Both the position numbers and the translations under genes were made by a program. Positions 1 to 9,616 of a stretch of 64,000 nucleotides of DNA are shown in pieces. How positions within the stretch are numbered: the stretch's first letter is position 1; each line of letters begins with the position of its first letter. The notes under the pieces were generated by a model. That model was given only the letters and a program-made list of their open reading frames with translations. It was not told the DNA's origin and made no database searches. This DNA comes from an uncultured delta proteobacterium (GTDB lineage Bacteria; Myxococcota_A; Polyangia; Haliangiales; Haliangiaceae): positions 2,304,001 to 2,368,000 of the forward strand of contig CAWKDB010000010.1 in the NCBI GenBank assembly GCA_963848295.1, given 5' to 3'.

Positions 1-1276
1 CGACGTCAAGCTCGGTGAGGACAACGGGCTCGACTTGCTGCGCACGCTCAAGGCGCGCGGCGAAGACGGGATGTCGAGCCGGACCTCGGACATCCCGGTC
101 GTGATGATCTCCGGTCACGCGACGATCGACGACGCGGTGTCGGCGACCCGGCTCGGCGCGTTCGACTTCATGGAGAAGCCGCTCGATCGCAATCGCGTCA
201 TGGTGACCGTGCGCAATGCGCTCGAGCGCCGGCGGATGTGGCGCGAGGTTCACGATCTTCGCCGCGCGGTCGACGCTCGTTACGAGCTGCTCGGCAACAC
301 GCCGGTGATGCACGACCTCCGCCGTCAGATCGCCAAGGTCGCGCCGAGTCGCAGCCGCGTGCTGATCACCGGCGACAGCGGCACCGGCAAAGAGCTGATC
401 GCGCGCGCGATCCACCGCAACAGCAGCGTATCGAGCGGGCCGTTCGTCAAGGTCAACTGCGCCGCGATTCCGCCCGAGCTGATCGAGAGCGAGCTGTTCG
501 GTCACGAGCGCGGCGCGTTCACCGGCGCGATCGCGAAGAAGCGAGGTCTGTTCGAGGTCGCCGATGGCGGCACGATCTTCCTCGACGAGATCGGCGACAT
601 GGCGCAGTCCGCGCAAGCGAAGGTGCTGCGCGTGCTGCAGACCGGCGAGTTCACGCGCGTCGGTGGCGAGAAGAGCCTGCGCACCGACTGCCGCGTCGTC
701 GCGGCGACGAACCGCGACCTCGAGGAGATGGTCAAGGCCGGATCGTTCCGCGAGGATCTCTACTTCCGGCTCAATGTCGTGCCGATCCGCTCGCCCGATC
801 TCGTAGAGCGCGCCGACGACGTCCCGCTGCTCGTCGAATCGTTCGTCCGAGAGTGCTGCGACGAGAACGGTCTCGGCTACAAGCCCGTTGACGAGCCGGT
901 GTTCGACCGCCTCAAGCAATACGAGTGGCCAGGTAACGTGCGCGAGCTGCGCAACGTCGTCGAACGGCTCGTCATCATGAGCGACGACGTGATCCGGGAG
1001 AAAGATCTGCCGCCGTACCTCGGGGGCCCGCGCTCCGCTGGCCATCGCGCGCCCACCGGCCCGCAGACCGCGATCGATCTCGGCCGTTACGCCGGCAAGA
1101 GCCTGCGCGAGTTTCGCGAAGAGGTCGAGAGCGAGTTCATCCGCATCCGGCTCGCCGAATTCGAGTGGAACATCTCGCGCACCGCCCAAGCGCTCGGTAT
1201 CGAACGGACGAACCTGCACAAGAAGCTGCGCGCGCTCGGCATCCAGCGCGGCGAAGGAAGCGGAGATCATGATTAA
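1..1276 (+). CDS. Sigma-54-dependent response regulator (NtrC/NtrX family), 5'-truncated by window edge
   Basis: Receiver tail (VVMISGH...FDFMEKP), Walker A GDSGTGKE, GAFTGA, FLDEIG, WPGNVREL, C-terminal Fis HTH. Confidence 0.95.
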   Translation, partial: DVKLGEDNGLDLLRTLKARGEDGMSSRTSDIPVVMISGHATIDDAVSATRLGAFDFMEKPLDRNRVMVTVRNALERRRMWREVHDLRRAVDARYELLGNTPVMHDLRRQIAKVAPSRSRVLITGDSGTGKELIARAIHRNSSVSSGPFVKVNCAAIPPELIESELFGHERGAFTGAIAKKRGLFEVADGGTIFLDEIGDMAQSAQAKVLRVLQTGEFTRVGGEKSLRTDCRVVAATNRDLEEMVKAGSFREDLYFRLNVVPIRSPDLVERADDVPLLVESFVRECCDENGLGYKPVDEPVFDRLKQYEWPGNVRELRNVVERLVIMSDDVIREKDLPPYLGGPRSAGHRAPTGPQTAIDLGRYAGKSLREFREEVESEFIRIRLAEFEWNISRTAQALGIERTNLHKKLRALGIQRGEGSGDHD

Positions 1277-1883
1277 GCAAACTGTCCTCGTACTGGTGCT
1301 CGTCGTCGCGTGCGGCAAGAAAGCCGGCGACAAAGCGGCGCCGGCCAAGCCGACCGTGACGATCGATGCGGCGGCGGTCAACGCGCTCGTGCCCGCCGCG
1401 CTCAAAGACAAGATCGTGTTCGAGAAGCGAACGATCAAGATCAAGCGCGGACGCGACGACGTCTCGTATACGCTCGCCGCGCCGAAGACGTGGAAGCAAG
1501 ACGGCGACATGTTCGCCTCGCTCAAGGCCGACGAGGCCGGTGGCTTCTTCTCCAAGATGGCGATCAACCCGAACTGCGGCACGTCGTTCAAGGACAGCGA
1601 GTGCAAACCGAAAGATTGGGCGAAGATCGCCGACATCGCGACGTTCGCCCCGCACGTCACGGCTAAAGAGACGATCGTCAAGGACGAAAAGGCCAACGGC
1701 CGCCGCACGATGATCGCGAGCGAGCCGGACAACACGAAGATCACGCACGTGTCGGTCGCGTGGTGGAACGACGGCGACAGCAACTACCACATCTGCTCGG
1801 CGGACCTCGACGAGAGCATCAAGGACGCCGCGCCGGCGTTCGCGAAGGCGTGCGAGGCGGTCGCCATCGACGGTGACGACTGA
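1269..1883 (+). CDS. Hypothetical lipoprotein
   Basis: Signal peptide with lipobox-like VVAC; overlaps upstream stop; strong GC3 bias. Confidence 0.8.
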   Translation: MIKQTVLVLVLVVACGKKAGDKAAPAKPTVTIDAAAVNALVPAALKDKIVFEKRTIKIKRGRDDVSYTLAAPKTWKQDGDMFASLKADEAGGFFSKMAINPNCGTSFKDSECKPKDWAKIADIATFAPHVTAKETIVKDEKANGRRTMIASEPDNTKITHVSVAWWNDGDSNYHICSADLDESIKDAAPAFAKACEAVAIDGDD

Positions 1884-3007
1884 AGCTCGCGATCGTCGTC
1901 GCGGTCGTCGTCGCGAGTCGGCTCGCTAGCGCGGCGCCGTCGAGCGCGATCGATGGCCGGGACCTGCGCGCCGTCGATGCGCTCGCGCGGGACGACATCG
2001 CCGCGGTCGCGAGCGCGGTCACCGAGATCGAGCAGGGCCCGCCAGATCCGGATGCGCTGTTCGCCGCCGCGCGCGCGTGCGAGGACAAGTTGCTCGATCC
2101 CGCACGCGCTCTCGCGCTCTACGACCGGATCGCTCGCGAGCTGCCCGATGCCCGAGTCGCGGCGAGCGCCGAGCGCCGGGCCCAGTACCTGCGCTCGCAG
2201 ATCGGCGATGGCAGCTACGCCGGGCAAGCGCGTGACCTCGCGCGCCTGATCGCCGGCGCCGACCGGCTCGCGCCCGAAGAGGTCGTGCGCCGCGGGACCG
2301 CGCTGGTGAATACCCCGTGGCCGGGCGCGGCCGACGCCGCGTTGTGGCTCGCCGACTGGTCTCGCCGCTCGGGCTACATCGCCGAGGCCGCCGCGCGCTA
2401 CGCCGACGTCGCGACGCGCTGGCCGCACACCAAGCAAGCGCGTGAAGCCGCGCTCGGCGCCGCGGGCTGCGCGATCGATGCCGGCGACTGGGACCGCGCC
2501 GAGGAGCTCGCCACGACGTTGCCGAGCGCGACGCCGTTCGATCAGCTCGTGCGCTCCGACCTGATCGCGGCGGCGGCTCGCGGCCGGCGGCGTGATCGGC
2601 GCTACCGCGATGCGTATCTCGCGCTCGCCGCAGCGATCGCCGCGCTGTTGGCCTCGCTCGCGGATGCGGCGCTGCGCGGGGGGCGAACCGCGATCTCGTT
2701 CCGGCCGGCGACCGAGGTCCTGTTCCTCGCACCGGTGTCGGGCGTGCTCGTCTTGCTCGCGTTTACCGCTCATCGCGCGATCGCGCCCGCGGTCGCGCGG
2801 ATCTCGGTCGTCGGCGTGATGCTCGCGTACTTGTCGGGCCTCGCTCTCGATACGGCTCGCGCGCGCGGTCGCGCGACGCGGCTGCGAGGCCTCGGTCACC
2901 TCATCGCGTGCATGGTCGGAGTTGTCGCGATCAGCTACATCGCGGTGATGCGCGACGGCCTGCTCGACATGGTGCTCGAGACCGTGCAGTTCGGGCCCGA
3001 AGGTTGA
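1880..3007 (+). CDS. TPR-like helical membrane protein (signal peptide, C-terminal TM helices)
   Basis: Frame of ORF 2090..3007 is open back to a CTG at 1880 overlapping the previous TGA; gives MKLAIVVAVVVA signal; Ala-rich TPR-like repeats; ~4 hydrophobic helices. Confidence 0.75.
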   Translation: MKLAIVVAVVVASRLASAAPSSAIDGRDLRAVDALARDDIAAVASAVTEIEQGPPDPDALFAAARACEDKLLDPARALALYDRIARELPDARVAASAERRAQYLRSQIGDGSYAGQARDLARLIAGADRLAPEEVVRRGTALVNTPWPGAADAALWLADWSRRSGYIAEAAARYADVATRWPHTKQAREAALGAAGCAIDAGDWDRAEELATTLPSATPFDQLVRSDLIAAAARGRRRDRRYRDAYLALAAAIAALLASLADAALRGGRTAISFRPATEVLFLAPVSGVLVLLAFTAHRAIAPAVARISVVGVMLAYLSGLALDTARARGRATRLRGLGHLIACMVGVVAISYIAVMRDGLLDMVLETVQFGPEG

Positions 3008-3019
3008 TACGCTCACGCG

Positions 3020-3181
3020 GTGAAGCGCGGCCGGATTCTCGCGATCAAGTGGGGGATGAACCCGAACTCGTCGAGTCTCGGCGTCGACGTCACTTTCCTA
3101 CTTGTAGGTGCAACGGCGCTCGCGATGGTCACGCCACTGATCGGTGTGTTGCTGCGTTGGCGGCCGAAGCCGAAGTCGTAA
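3020..3181 (+). CDS. 53-aa small membrane peptide with NPNSSS motif (not in ORF track); candidate rSAM substrate
   Basis: GTG..TAA, MKRGRILAIKWGMNPNSSSLGVDVTFLLVGATALAMVTPLIGVLLRWRPKPKS; starts 12 nt after the TPR gene, same strand. Confidence 0.7.
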   Translation: MKRGRILAIKWGMNPNSSSLGVDVTFLLVGATALAMVTPLIGVLLRWRPKPKS

Positions 3182-3188
3182 CCAAATT

Positions 3189-3236
3189 CGCGCCGATTCA
3201 GCACGCCCGCGCCGATTCAGCAGTGCAAGATCGGCA
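3189..3236. repeat. 15-bp direct repeat CGCGCCGATTCAGCA x2 (period 19) plus a third YGC-N7-GCA box
   Basis: Copies at 3189-3203 and 3208-3222; TGCAAGATCGGCA at 3224-3236. Confidence 0.7.
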
Positions 3237-3259
3237 TGGCGGCGATCTGGGCTGGGACT

Positions 3260-3680
3260 AGCTCCTCGAGTCCTCGCGGAGCTGTTCATGACCGAGGCTT
3301 GTCAGGCCGCGGGCCGCGGCACGATCGCGATCGCGCCCGACGGTCTCGCCGCACTCGGCGCGTATCGCTGGCCCGGCAACGTCCGCGAGCTGAAGAACGC
3401 GATGGAGTACTTCGCGGCGACGCTGACAGCCCACATGCTCACCGCCGCCGAGGTCGCCGAGCGACTGGGGTCAAGGCCCGCCGCGCCGCCGGAGCGACCG
3501 ACGAGCGACGGCCCGCGGACGTTCGCGCCGATCGCCGACGAGATCCGCGCGCTCGAGATCGAGCGAATGACTCAGGCCCTCGAAGTCGCCAGCGGCAACC
3601 AGACCAAGGCGGCCGAGCTGATCGGGATGCCGCTGCGCACGTTCTTTACGAAGATGCGCCAGTACAATCTTCGCAAGTAG
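3260..3680 (+). pseudogene. C-terminal remnant of a sigma-54 activator (AAA+ lid + Fis HTH only)
   Basis: YRWPGNVRELKNAME and GNQTKAAELIGMPLRTFFTKM present; Walker A/B and GAFTGA absent. Confidence 0.75.
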
Positions 3681-3739
3681 CTGTCATTTCATCGCGATCG
3701 GCCTGCATCCAAAGGCGGCCCGGCGGCGAATACAGCTGC

Positions 3740-4315
3740 ATGACCGACTCGATCAGCACTGGCGGCGAAGGCGCTCGGGCGGATGAAGTGGCCTTGGTGG
3801 CGGCGGTCGCGCGCGGCGATCGCGCGGCCTTCGCGGCGCTGTACCGGCGGCACTCGGCGGTGCTGCTCGGGGTCGCGATCAAGATCGTGCGTGAGCGGCG
3901 CGAAGCCGAGGACTTGCTGCACGACGTGTTTCTCGAGGCGTGGCGGGCGGCGGGTGACTACGATCCGAAACGCGCGAACGTCCGGACCTGGCTCGCGCTG
4001 CGCATGCGATCGCGCGCGCTCGACGTCGTGCGATCGGCGCGCGTGGCGCGCAACGCCGGTGATGCCGGCATCGACGAGGTGCTCGACGAGCGAACGCCCT
4101 CCCCCGATCACGCGCGCGCGCGACGCGCTCTGCAGATGCTGCGCGCCGGCGAGCGCGAAGTGCTCGAGCTCGCGTACTTCGGCGGCCAGTCGTGCACCGA
4201 GATCGCGAAGCGACTCGCGATGCCCCTCGGTACCGTGAAGTCGCGGCTCGCCGATGGCATGAGGCGCTTGCGTGCGGTGCTCGTCGCCGGCCCGGTCGCG
4301 TCGCAACCGGCATGA
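3740..4315 (+). CDS. ECF sigma factor (SigK-like)
   Basis: GDRAAFAALY, AEDLLHDVFLEAW, EIAKRLAMPLGTVKSR. Confidence 0.9.
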   Translation: MTDSISTGGEGARADEVALVAAVARGDRAAFAALYRRHSAVLLGVAIKIVRERREAEDLLHDVFLEAWRAAGDYDPKRANVRTWLALRMRSRALDVVRSARVARNAGDAGIDEVLDERTPSPDHARARRALQMLRAGEREVLELAYFGGQSCTEIAKRLAMPLGTVKSRLADGMRRLRAVLVAGPVASQPA

Positions 4316-4334
4316 TAGCGTGCAGCCGATCGCC

Positions 4335-4893
4335 ATGCCCCAACCCGACGAGCGCATCGCGGTGACACCGCCGTTGCTCGCCCGCGTCGCGACCGGCGAC
4401 CCGGCGGCGGTTCGCGAGTGCATCGCGCAGTTCAGCGGGCTCGTGTGGTCGCTCGCGCGTCGCTTCGATCCGGCGGACGCGGAAGATGCAGCGCAGGAGA
4501 TCTTCTTGGATCTGTGGAAGAGCGCAGGTCGCTACGATGCCGCGCTCGGCTCGGAGGTGACCTTTGTCGCGACGATCGCTCGCCGCCGGCTGATCGATCG
4601 CCGCCGATTCTCGCGGGCGCCGGCCGACGACGGAGCAGCTCGTCGACCTCCCGGTCGCGGATCCGAGCGCCGGCCCCGCCGAATCGGCCGAGGCGACGAA
4701 AGCCGCCGCGGCGCTCGGCCAGCTGCGGCCGGAGCAGCGCGAAGTGCTCGTGCTATCCACGTGTCATGGCCTGTCGCACGGCGAAATTGCCGCGAAGACC
4801 GGCATGCCGCTCGGGACGGTCAAGGCTCATGCGCGACGTGGACTACTCTCGATCCGCGCGACACTCTTAGGCGTACGAACTGGAGAATCGTGA
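4335..4893 (+). CDS. Second ECF sigma factor, +1 frameshift at ~4616
   Basis: Region 2 (AEDAAQEIFLDLWKSAGRYD) in one frame; region 4 (HGLSHGEIAAKTGMPLGTVKAHARRG) in the next; TGA overlaps anti-sigma ATG. Confidence 0.85.
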
Positions 4894-5828
4894 TGGGTTC
4901 GTCGGTCAACGATCCGCGCGCTGAGGAGCTGCTCGTCGAGCAGGCGCTGCACGGCCTCGACGACCACGAGCGCCGGGAGCTCGAACAGCTCGGCGCTGCC
5001 GGCGACACGACGTTCGATCTCGCCGCCGCCGCGGTCGCCCAGGTCACGATCGATCGCGAGGAGATGCCGGCGCACGTGACCGCGAAGATCTTGGCGGCGG
5101 CACCCGCGCTCGACATGCGCCGGACGCTCACCGGAGTCGTCGCCCCGACCGAGCTGCCGCGCGACACGCTGGTCGGCGTCCAGCTCTCGGAGTTCACGCC
5201 CGCGTCCGAGCCCTCGGCGCTGCCGATGGCCATGCCGATGGCCGTGCCGGTGCCTGCGCCGGCAGCAGCTCCACTCGTCGCTCCGGTGGACGAGCTCGCG
5301 GCTCGACGCAACCGCTCTCGGTTCGCGACCGTCGCGCCATGGCTCGCTGCGGCGGCGTGCCTCGTGATCGCATCCGGCGCCGTGTTCTACGCCGCGCGCA
5401 ACGGCGGTGGTGGCACCGCGGCGTCGATCGTATCGGCCGCCGATGGCCGCGCCGCGCTCGTCAAGAACGCCACCGATCTGACGACGATCGCGTGGACCGC
5501 GACGAAGGATCCGGCCGCCACGGCGGCGACCGGCGACGTGATCTGGAGCGAGGCGCAGCAACGCGGCTACATGCGGTTCGTCGGGCTCGCCGCGAACGAT
5601 CCGAAACAGTTCCAGTATCAGCTGTGGATCTTCGACAAGAATCGCGACGACAAGTTCCCGGTCGACGGCGGCGTGTTCGACGTGTCCTCGACCGGCGAAG
5701 TGATCATCCCGATCACGGCGCGGCTCCGCATCGCGGACGCGACGCTGTTCGCGGTCACGATCGAGAAGCCGGGTGGCGTCGTCGTGTCGAAGCGCGAGCG
5801 CATCGTCGTGACCGCGGCCAAGGGGTAA
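4893..5828 (+). CDS. Anti-sigma factor, RskA-like
   Basis: Follows ECF; single TM (WLAAAACLVIA); C-terminal QYQLWI..FAVTIEKPGG motif. Confidence 0.85.
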   Translation: MGSSVNDPRAEELLVEQALHGLDDHERRELEQLGAAGDTTFDLAAAAVAQVTIDREEMPAHVTAKILAAAPALDMRRTLTGVVAPTELPRDTLVGVQLSEFTPASEPSALPMAMPMAVPVPAPAAAPLVAPVDELAARRNRSRFATVAPWLAAAACLVIASGAVFYAARNGGGGTAASIVSAADGRAALVKNATDLTTIAWTATKDPAATAATGDVIWSEAQQRGYMRFVGLAANDPKQFQYQLWIFDKNRDDKFPVDGGVFDVSSTGEVIIPITARLRIADATLFAVTIEKPGGVVVSKRERIVVTAAKG

Positions 5829-5840
5829 GCTCCCGGCGCG

Positions 5841-7001
5841 ATGCCGAAGCGACGCCGTCACGGCGATGACTTGCGCGGAGCGAGTCGGCTCGCGGTCGAA
5901 GCCACCCGCGGCGTCACCGCGCTGATCGAAGAGATGCACGCGACGATCGCGAGCGGCCCGGCGATCCTTGGCAAGCCGCTCGCGGTGCCGGCCAAGCTCG
6001 CGACCGGCGTCGTCTACGGCGCGGTCCGCGGCGTCGCGCAGCTCGTCGGCGCGGGCATCGACCTCGCACTCGCGCAGCTCGCCCCGCTGCTCGGCGCGAG
6101 CGCACCCGGCACCGATCGAGAGATCGTGCTCGGCGTGCTCGACGGCGTGCTCGGCGATTACCTGGTCGAGCACGGCAATCCGCTCGCGATCGCGATGGAG
6201 CTGCGCGATCACGGCGAGCGGAGCGCGACGAGCAAGCTCGTGGTGCTCGTCCACGGTCTGTGCGGCACCGACCACGACTTCGTGCGCTACGGTCCGGATC
6301 TAGGCGCGGCACTCGAGCGCGACCTCGGGTACACCGCGATCTACCCGCACTTCAACAGCGGACGGCACGTGTCGACGAACGGGCGCGAGCTCGCGATGCT
6401 GCTCGACCAGCGCGTCGCCGCATGGCCGGTTCCGCTCGACGAGCTCGTGCTGATCGGCCACAGCATGGGCGGGCTCGTAGCGCGCAGCGCGTGCCACGTC
6501 GCCGAGCTCGAGCACATGTCGTGGCGCGGCAAGCTCCGCACGCTGATCACGCTCGGTGCACCGCATCACGGCGCTCCGCTCGAGCGCGGCGGCAGCTGGC
6601 TCGATCTGTTGCTCGCGGTCAGCCGGTACAGCGCGCCGTTGCGCCGGCTCGGCCGGATTCGCAGCGCCGGCATCACCGACTTGCGCTACGGCAACGTGGC
6701 CGATCACGATTGGCAGGGCCGCGATCGCTTCGACCACGGCAGCGATCCGCGCGAGCTCGTACCGCTCCCCGCCGACGTCGCCTGCTACGCGGTCGCCGGG
6801 ACGTTGTCGCCGCAACCCGGCGGCAAGCCGCGCAGCGACGGCATCATCCCGGTCGCCAGCGCGCTCGGCCTGCACGATAACCCCGAGCTCGTGCTCGCGT
6901 TCCCCGAGACGCATCGGATGATCGCGTACGGCGTGGGCCACACCGACTTGCTCGGCGACGCGGCGGTCTATGCCGCGATCCGCGGCTGGCTAACGCGCTA
7001 A
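5841..7001 (+). CDS. Alpha/beta hydrolase (PGAP1/lipase-like)
   Basis: VLVHGL, GHSMGG nucleophile elbow, LGAPHHG, DG..P, GH. Confidence 0.85.
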   Translation: MPKRRRHGDDLRGASRLAVEATRGVTALIEEMHATIASGPAILGKPLAVPAKLATGVVYGAVRGVAQLVGAGIDLALAQLAPLLGASAPGTDREIVLGVLDGVLGDYLVEHGNPLAIAMELRDHGERSATSKLVVLVHGLCGTDHDFVRYGPDLGAALERDLGYTAIYPHFNSGRHVSTNGRELAMLLDQRVAAWPVPLDELVLIGHSMGGLVARSACHVAELEHMSWRGKLRTLITLGAPHHGAPLERGGSWLDLLLAVSRYSAPLRRLGRIRSAGITDLRYGNVADHDWQGRDRFDHGSDPRELVPLPADVACYAVAGTLSPQPGGKPRSDGIIPVASALGLHDNPELVLAFPETHRMIAYGVGHTDLLGDAAVYAAIRGWLTR

Positions 7002-7010
7002 GGTATCGCC

Positions 7011-8291
7011 GTGATCGCCACCCTTCGACGAGCGAGCGACGCGCTCGGTGCGATCGTCGAGCGATTACGTGCCGCGCGCAGTCATCCGCCGCGCAGGTCG
7101 CGGTTCGAGCGGTTCGGCGCGATCCTCCAGCTCACCGTGCCGCGCGCGCTCGTGTTCGTCGATCGCGCGATGGCACGACGCACGGTGACGATGCGCGGCG
7201 AGCCCCCCGAGTGGCGCGGCCCCGAGGGCGAGCTCGGGGACCACGTGCTGTCGGCGCCGCTCGAGGCGCACTTGCAGCTGACGAATCGCTGCGGCGCGGG
7301 CTGCGCTGGCTGCTACACCGGCGCCTCGCCGGCCGGCGGCCCGAACGAATGGGGGCTCGTCGAGTGGCAGCGCGCGGTCGACGTGCTCGCAGATGCCGGC
7401 GTGTTCCATCTCGCGCTCGGCGGTGGCGAGAGCGCGGTGCTGCCGTGGCTCGGCGAGCTCGCGGCGTACGCTCGCTCGCGCGGCTTGGTGCCGAACCTCA
7501 CGACCTCCGGGCTCGAAGGTCTCGATGCGCTCGTCGCGATCGCGGATCGGTTCGGGCAGATCAACGTCTCGCTCGACGGGCTCGAAGCGACGTACGCGGC
7601 CGTCCGCGGCTTCGATGGCTTCGCGCGTGCCGATGCCGCGATCTCGCGCCTGCGCGCGGTCAAGCGCGAGGTCGGCATCAATGTCGTCGTCACGCGTCAC
7701 AACATCGGCGAGCTCGACGCGATCTTCGCGTACGCCGCTCGCCGCCGGCTGTCCGAGGTCGAGCTGTTGCGGTTCAAGCCGTCGGGCCGCGGCGCGCGCG
7801 CGTACAATGATCTGCGCTGCACCGATGCGCAACACCGCGCGTTCTTGCCGAGCGTGCTCGCGTCCGCGCGCCGCCATCGCATTCGGGTCAAGGTCGACTG
7901 CTCGTACACGCCGATGCTCGCGCACCATCGCCCGGATCGCGCGTTGCTCGCCGAGCTCGCGGTCTACGGCTGCACCGGCGGTGATTTTCTCGTCGGCGCC
8001 AAAGCCGATGGTCGGCTGACCGCGTGCAGCTTCATGGGCTCACCGGCCGACCGCCCCGACGTCACGCAGCTCGCGACCTATTGGGATCGACCCGGCGCGT
8101 TCGGCGCGTTCCGCACGTGGCGCGATGCCGCGGAGCCGTGCGCGAGCTGCGAATATCACGCGTTGTGTCGCGGCGGCTGCAAGGTCGTGAGCGCGCACGT
8201 CAACGGCGATCCCGCGACGCCCGATCCCGAGTGTCCGCGCGTGATCGACCACGCGAGACCGCGGCCCCGCGTTCAGCTCCCCGTGTTATAG
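7011..8291 (+). CDS. Radical SAM/SPASM protein with N-terminal RRE-like segment (MftC/PqqE-like)
   Basis: CxxxCxxC (CGAGCAGC), GGGE, VSLDG, SPASM Cys (GCTGG..C..CASC...CRGGC..C). Confidence 0.9.
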   Translation: MIATLRRASDALGAIVERLRAARSHPPRRSRFERFGAILQLTVPRALVFVDRAMARRTVTMRGEPPEWRGPEGELGDHVLSAPLEAHLQLTNRCGAGCAGCYTGASPAGGPNEWGLVEWQRAVDVLADAGVFHLALGGGESAVLPWLGELAAYARSRGLVPNLTTSGLEGLDALVAIADRFGQINVSLDGLEATYAAVRGFDGFARADAAISRLRAVKREVGINVVVTRHNIGELDAIFAYAARRRLSEVELLRFKPSGRGARAYNDLRCTDAQHRAFLPSVLASARRHRIRVKVDCSYTPMLAHHRPDRALLAELAVYGCTGGDFLVGAKADGRLTACSFMGSPADRPDVTQLATYWDRPGAFGAFRTWRDAAEPCASCEYHALCRGGCKVVSAHVNGDPATPDPECPRVIDHARPRPRVQLPVL

Positions 8292-8301
8292 AGTCGGCGC
8301 C

Positions 8302-9117
<816 letters not shown>

Positions 9118-9181
9118 CGCTGCGACCGAGCGAATCGCTCGAGGACGGAACCTACCCGCCTCCGCGCGACTCTAACCGACC

Positions 9182-9616
9182 GTGGCATACACCCCGCGCA
9201 CAGCTCTGACGTTTGCAGCCCTGTTCGCCGCGCACGCCACCGAAGCGCAGGCGCCGAAGCCCGCGACGGGGTTCGGCATGGCCGGCGCGCCGACCGAGGT
9301 GATCGCCGCGGCGCACGATGGCAGCTGGGTCGCGATGTGCCACGCGCGGCACGACACCGATCACAGCGGCGCGTTGAGCATCTCGATCGGCTTCAACATA
9401 ACGAGCGGCGACGCGCAGCGCGCTTACGTCGGCTCGGCCACCCGGACCGCGACGGTCGTCGGGCGCGATGTCGAAGGCCACGTGATGGCCATCGCTGACG
9501 ACGGCCGCTTGCTCGTCGGGTTCGGCGGCGCGAACGGCCATTGGGGCTTCGAGCCCGGACCGCTCGAGTGGCTCGCGGCTACTCCGGTCCGTGCGGCGCT
9601 CGCGCCCACACCGTGA
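9182..9616 (+). CDS. Hypothetical secreted protein, possibly an internally deleted remnant
   Basis: Signal-like N-terminus; short; overlaps convergent gene end. Confidence 0.4.
   Translation: MAYTPRTALTFAALFAAHATEAQAPKPATGFGMAGAPTEVIAAAHDGSWVAMCHARHDTDHSGALSISIGFNITSGDAQRAYVGSATRTATVVGRDVEGHVMAIADDGRLLVGFGGANGHWGFEPGPLEWLAATPVRAALAPTP

Noticed and set aside
3013..3204. 63-aa minus-strand ORF
   Set aside because: Antisense shadow of the better-supported plus-strand 53-aa peptide.
4272..5828. Sigma/anti-sigma 'fusion' of 518 aa
   Set aside because: One extra G at ~4616; sigma region 4 and a stop exist in the next frame.
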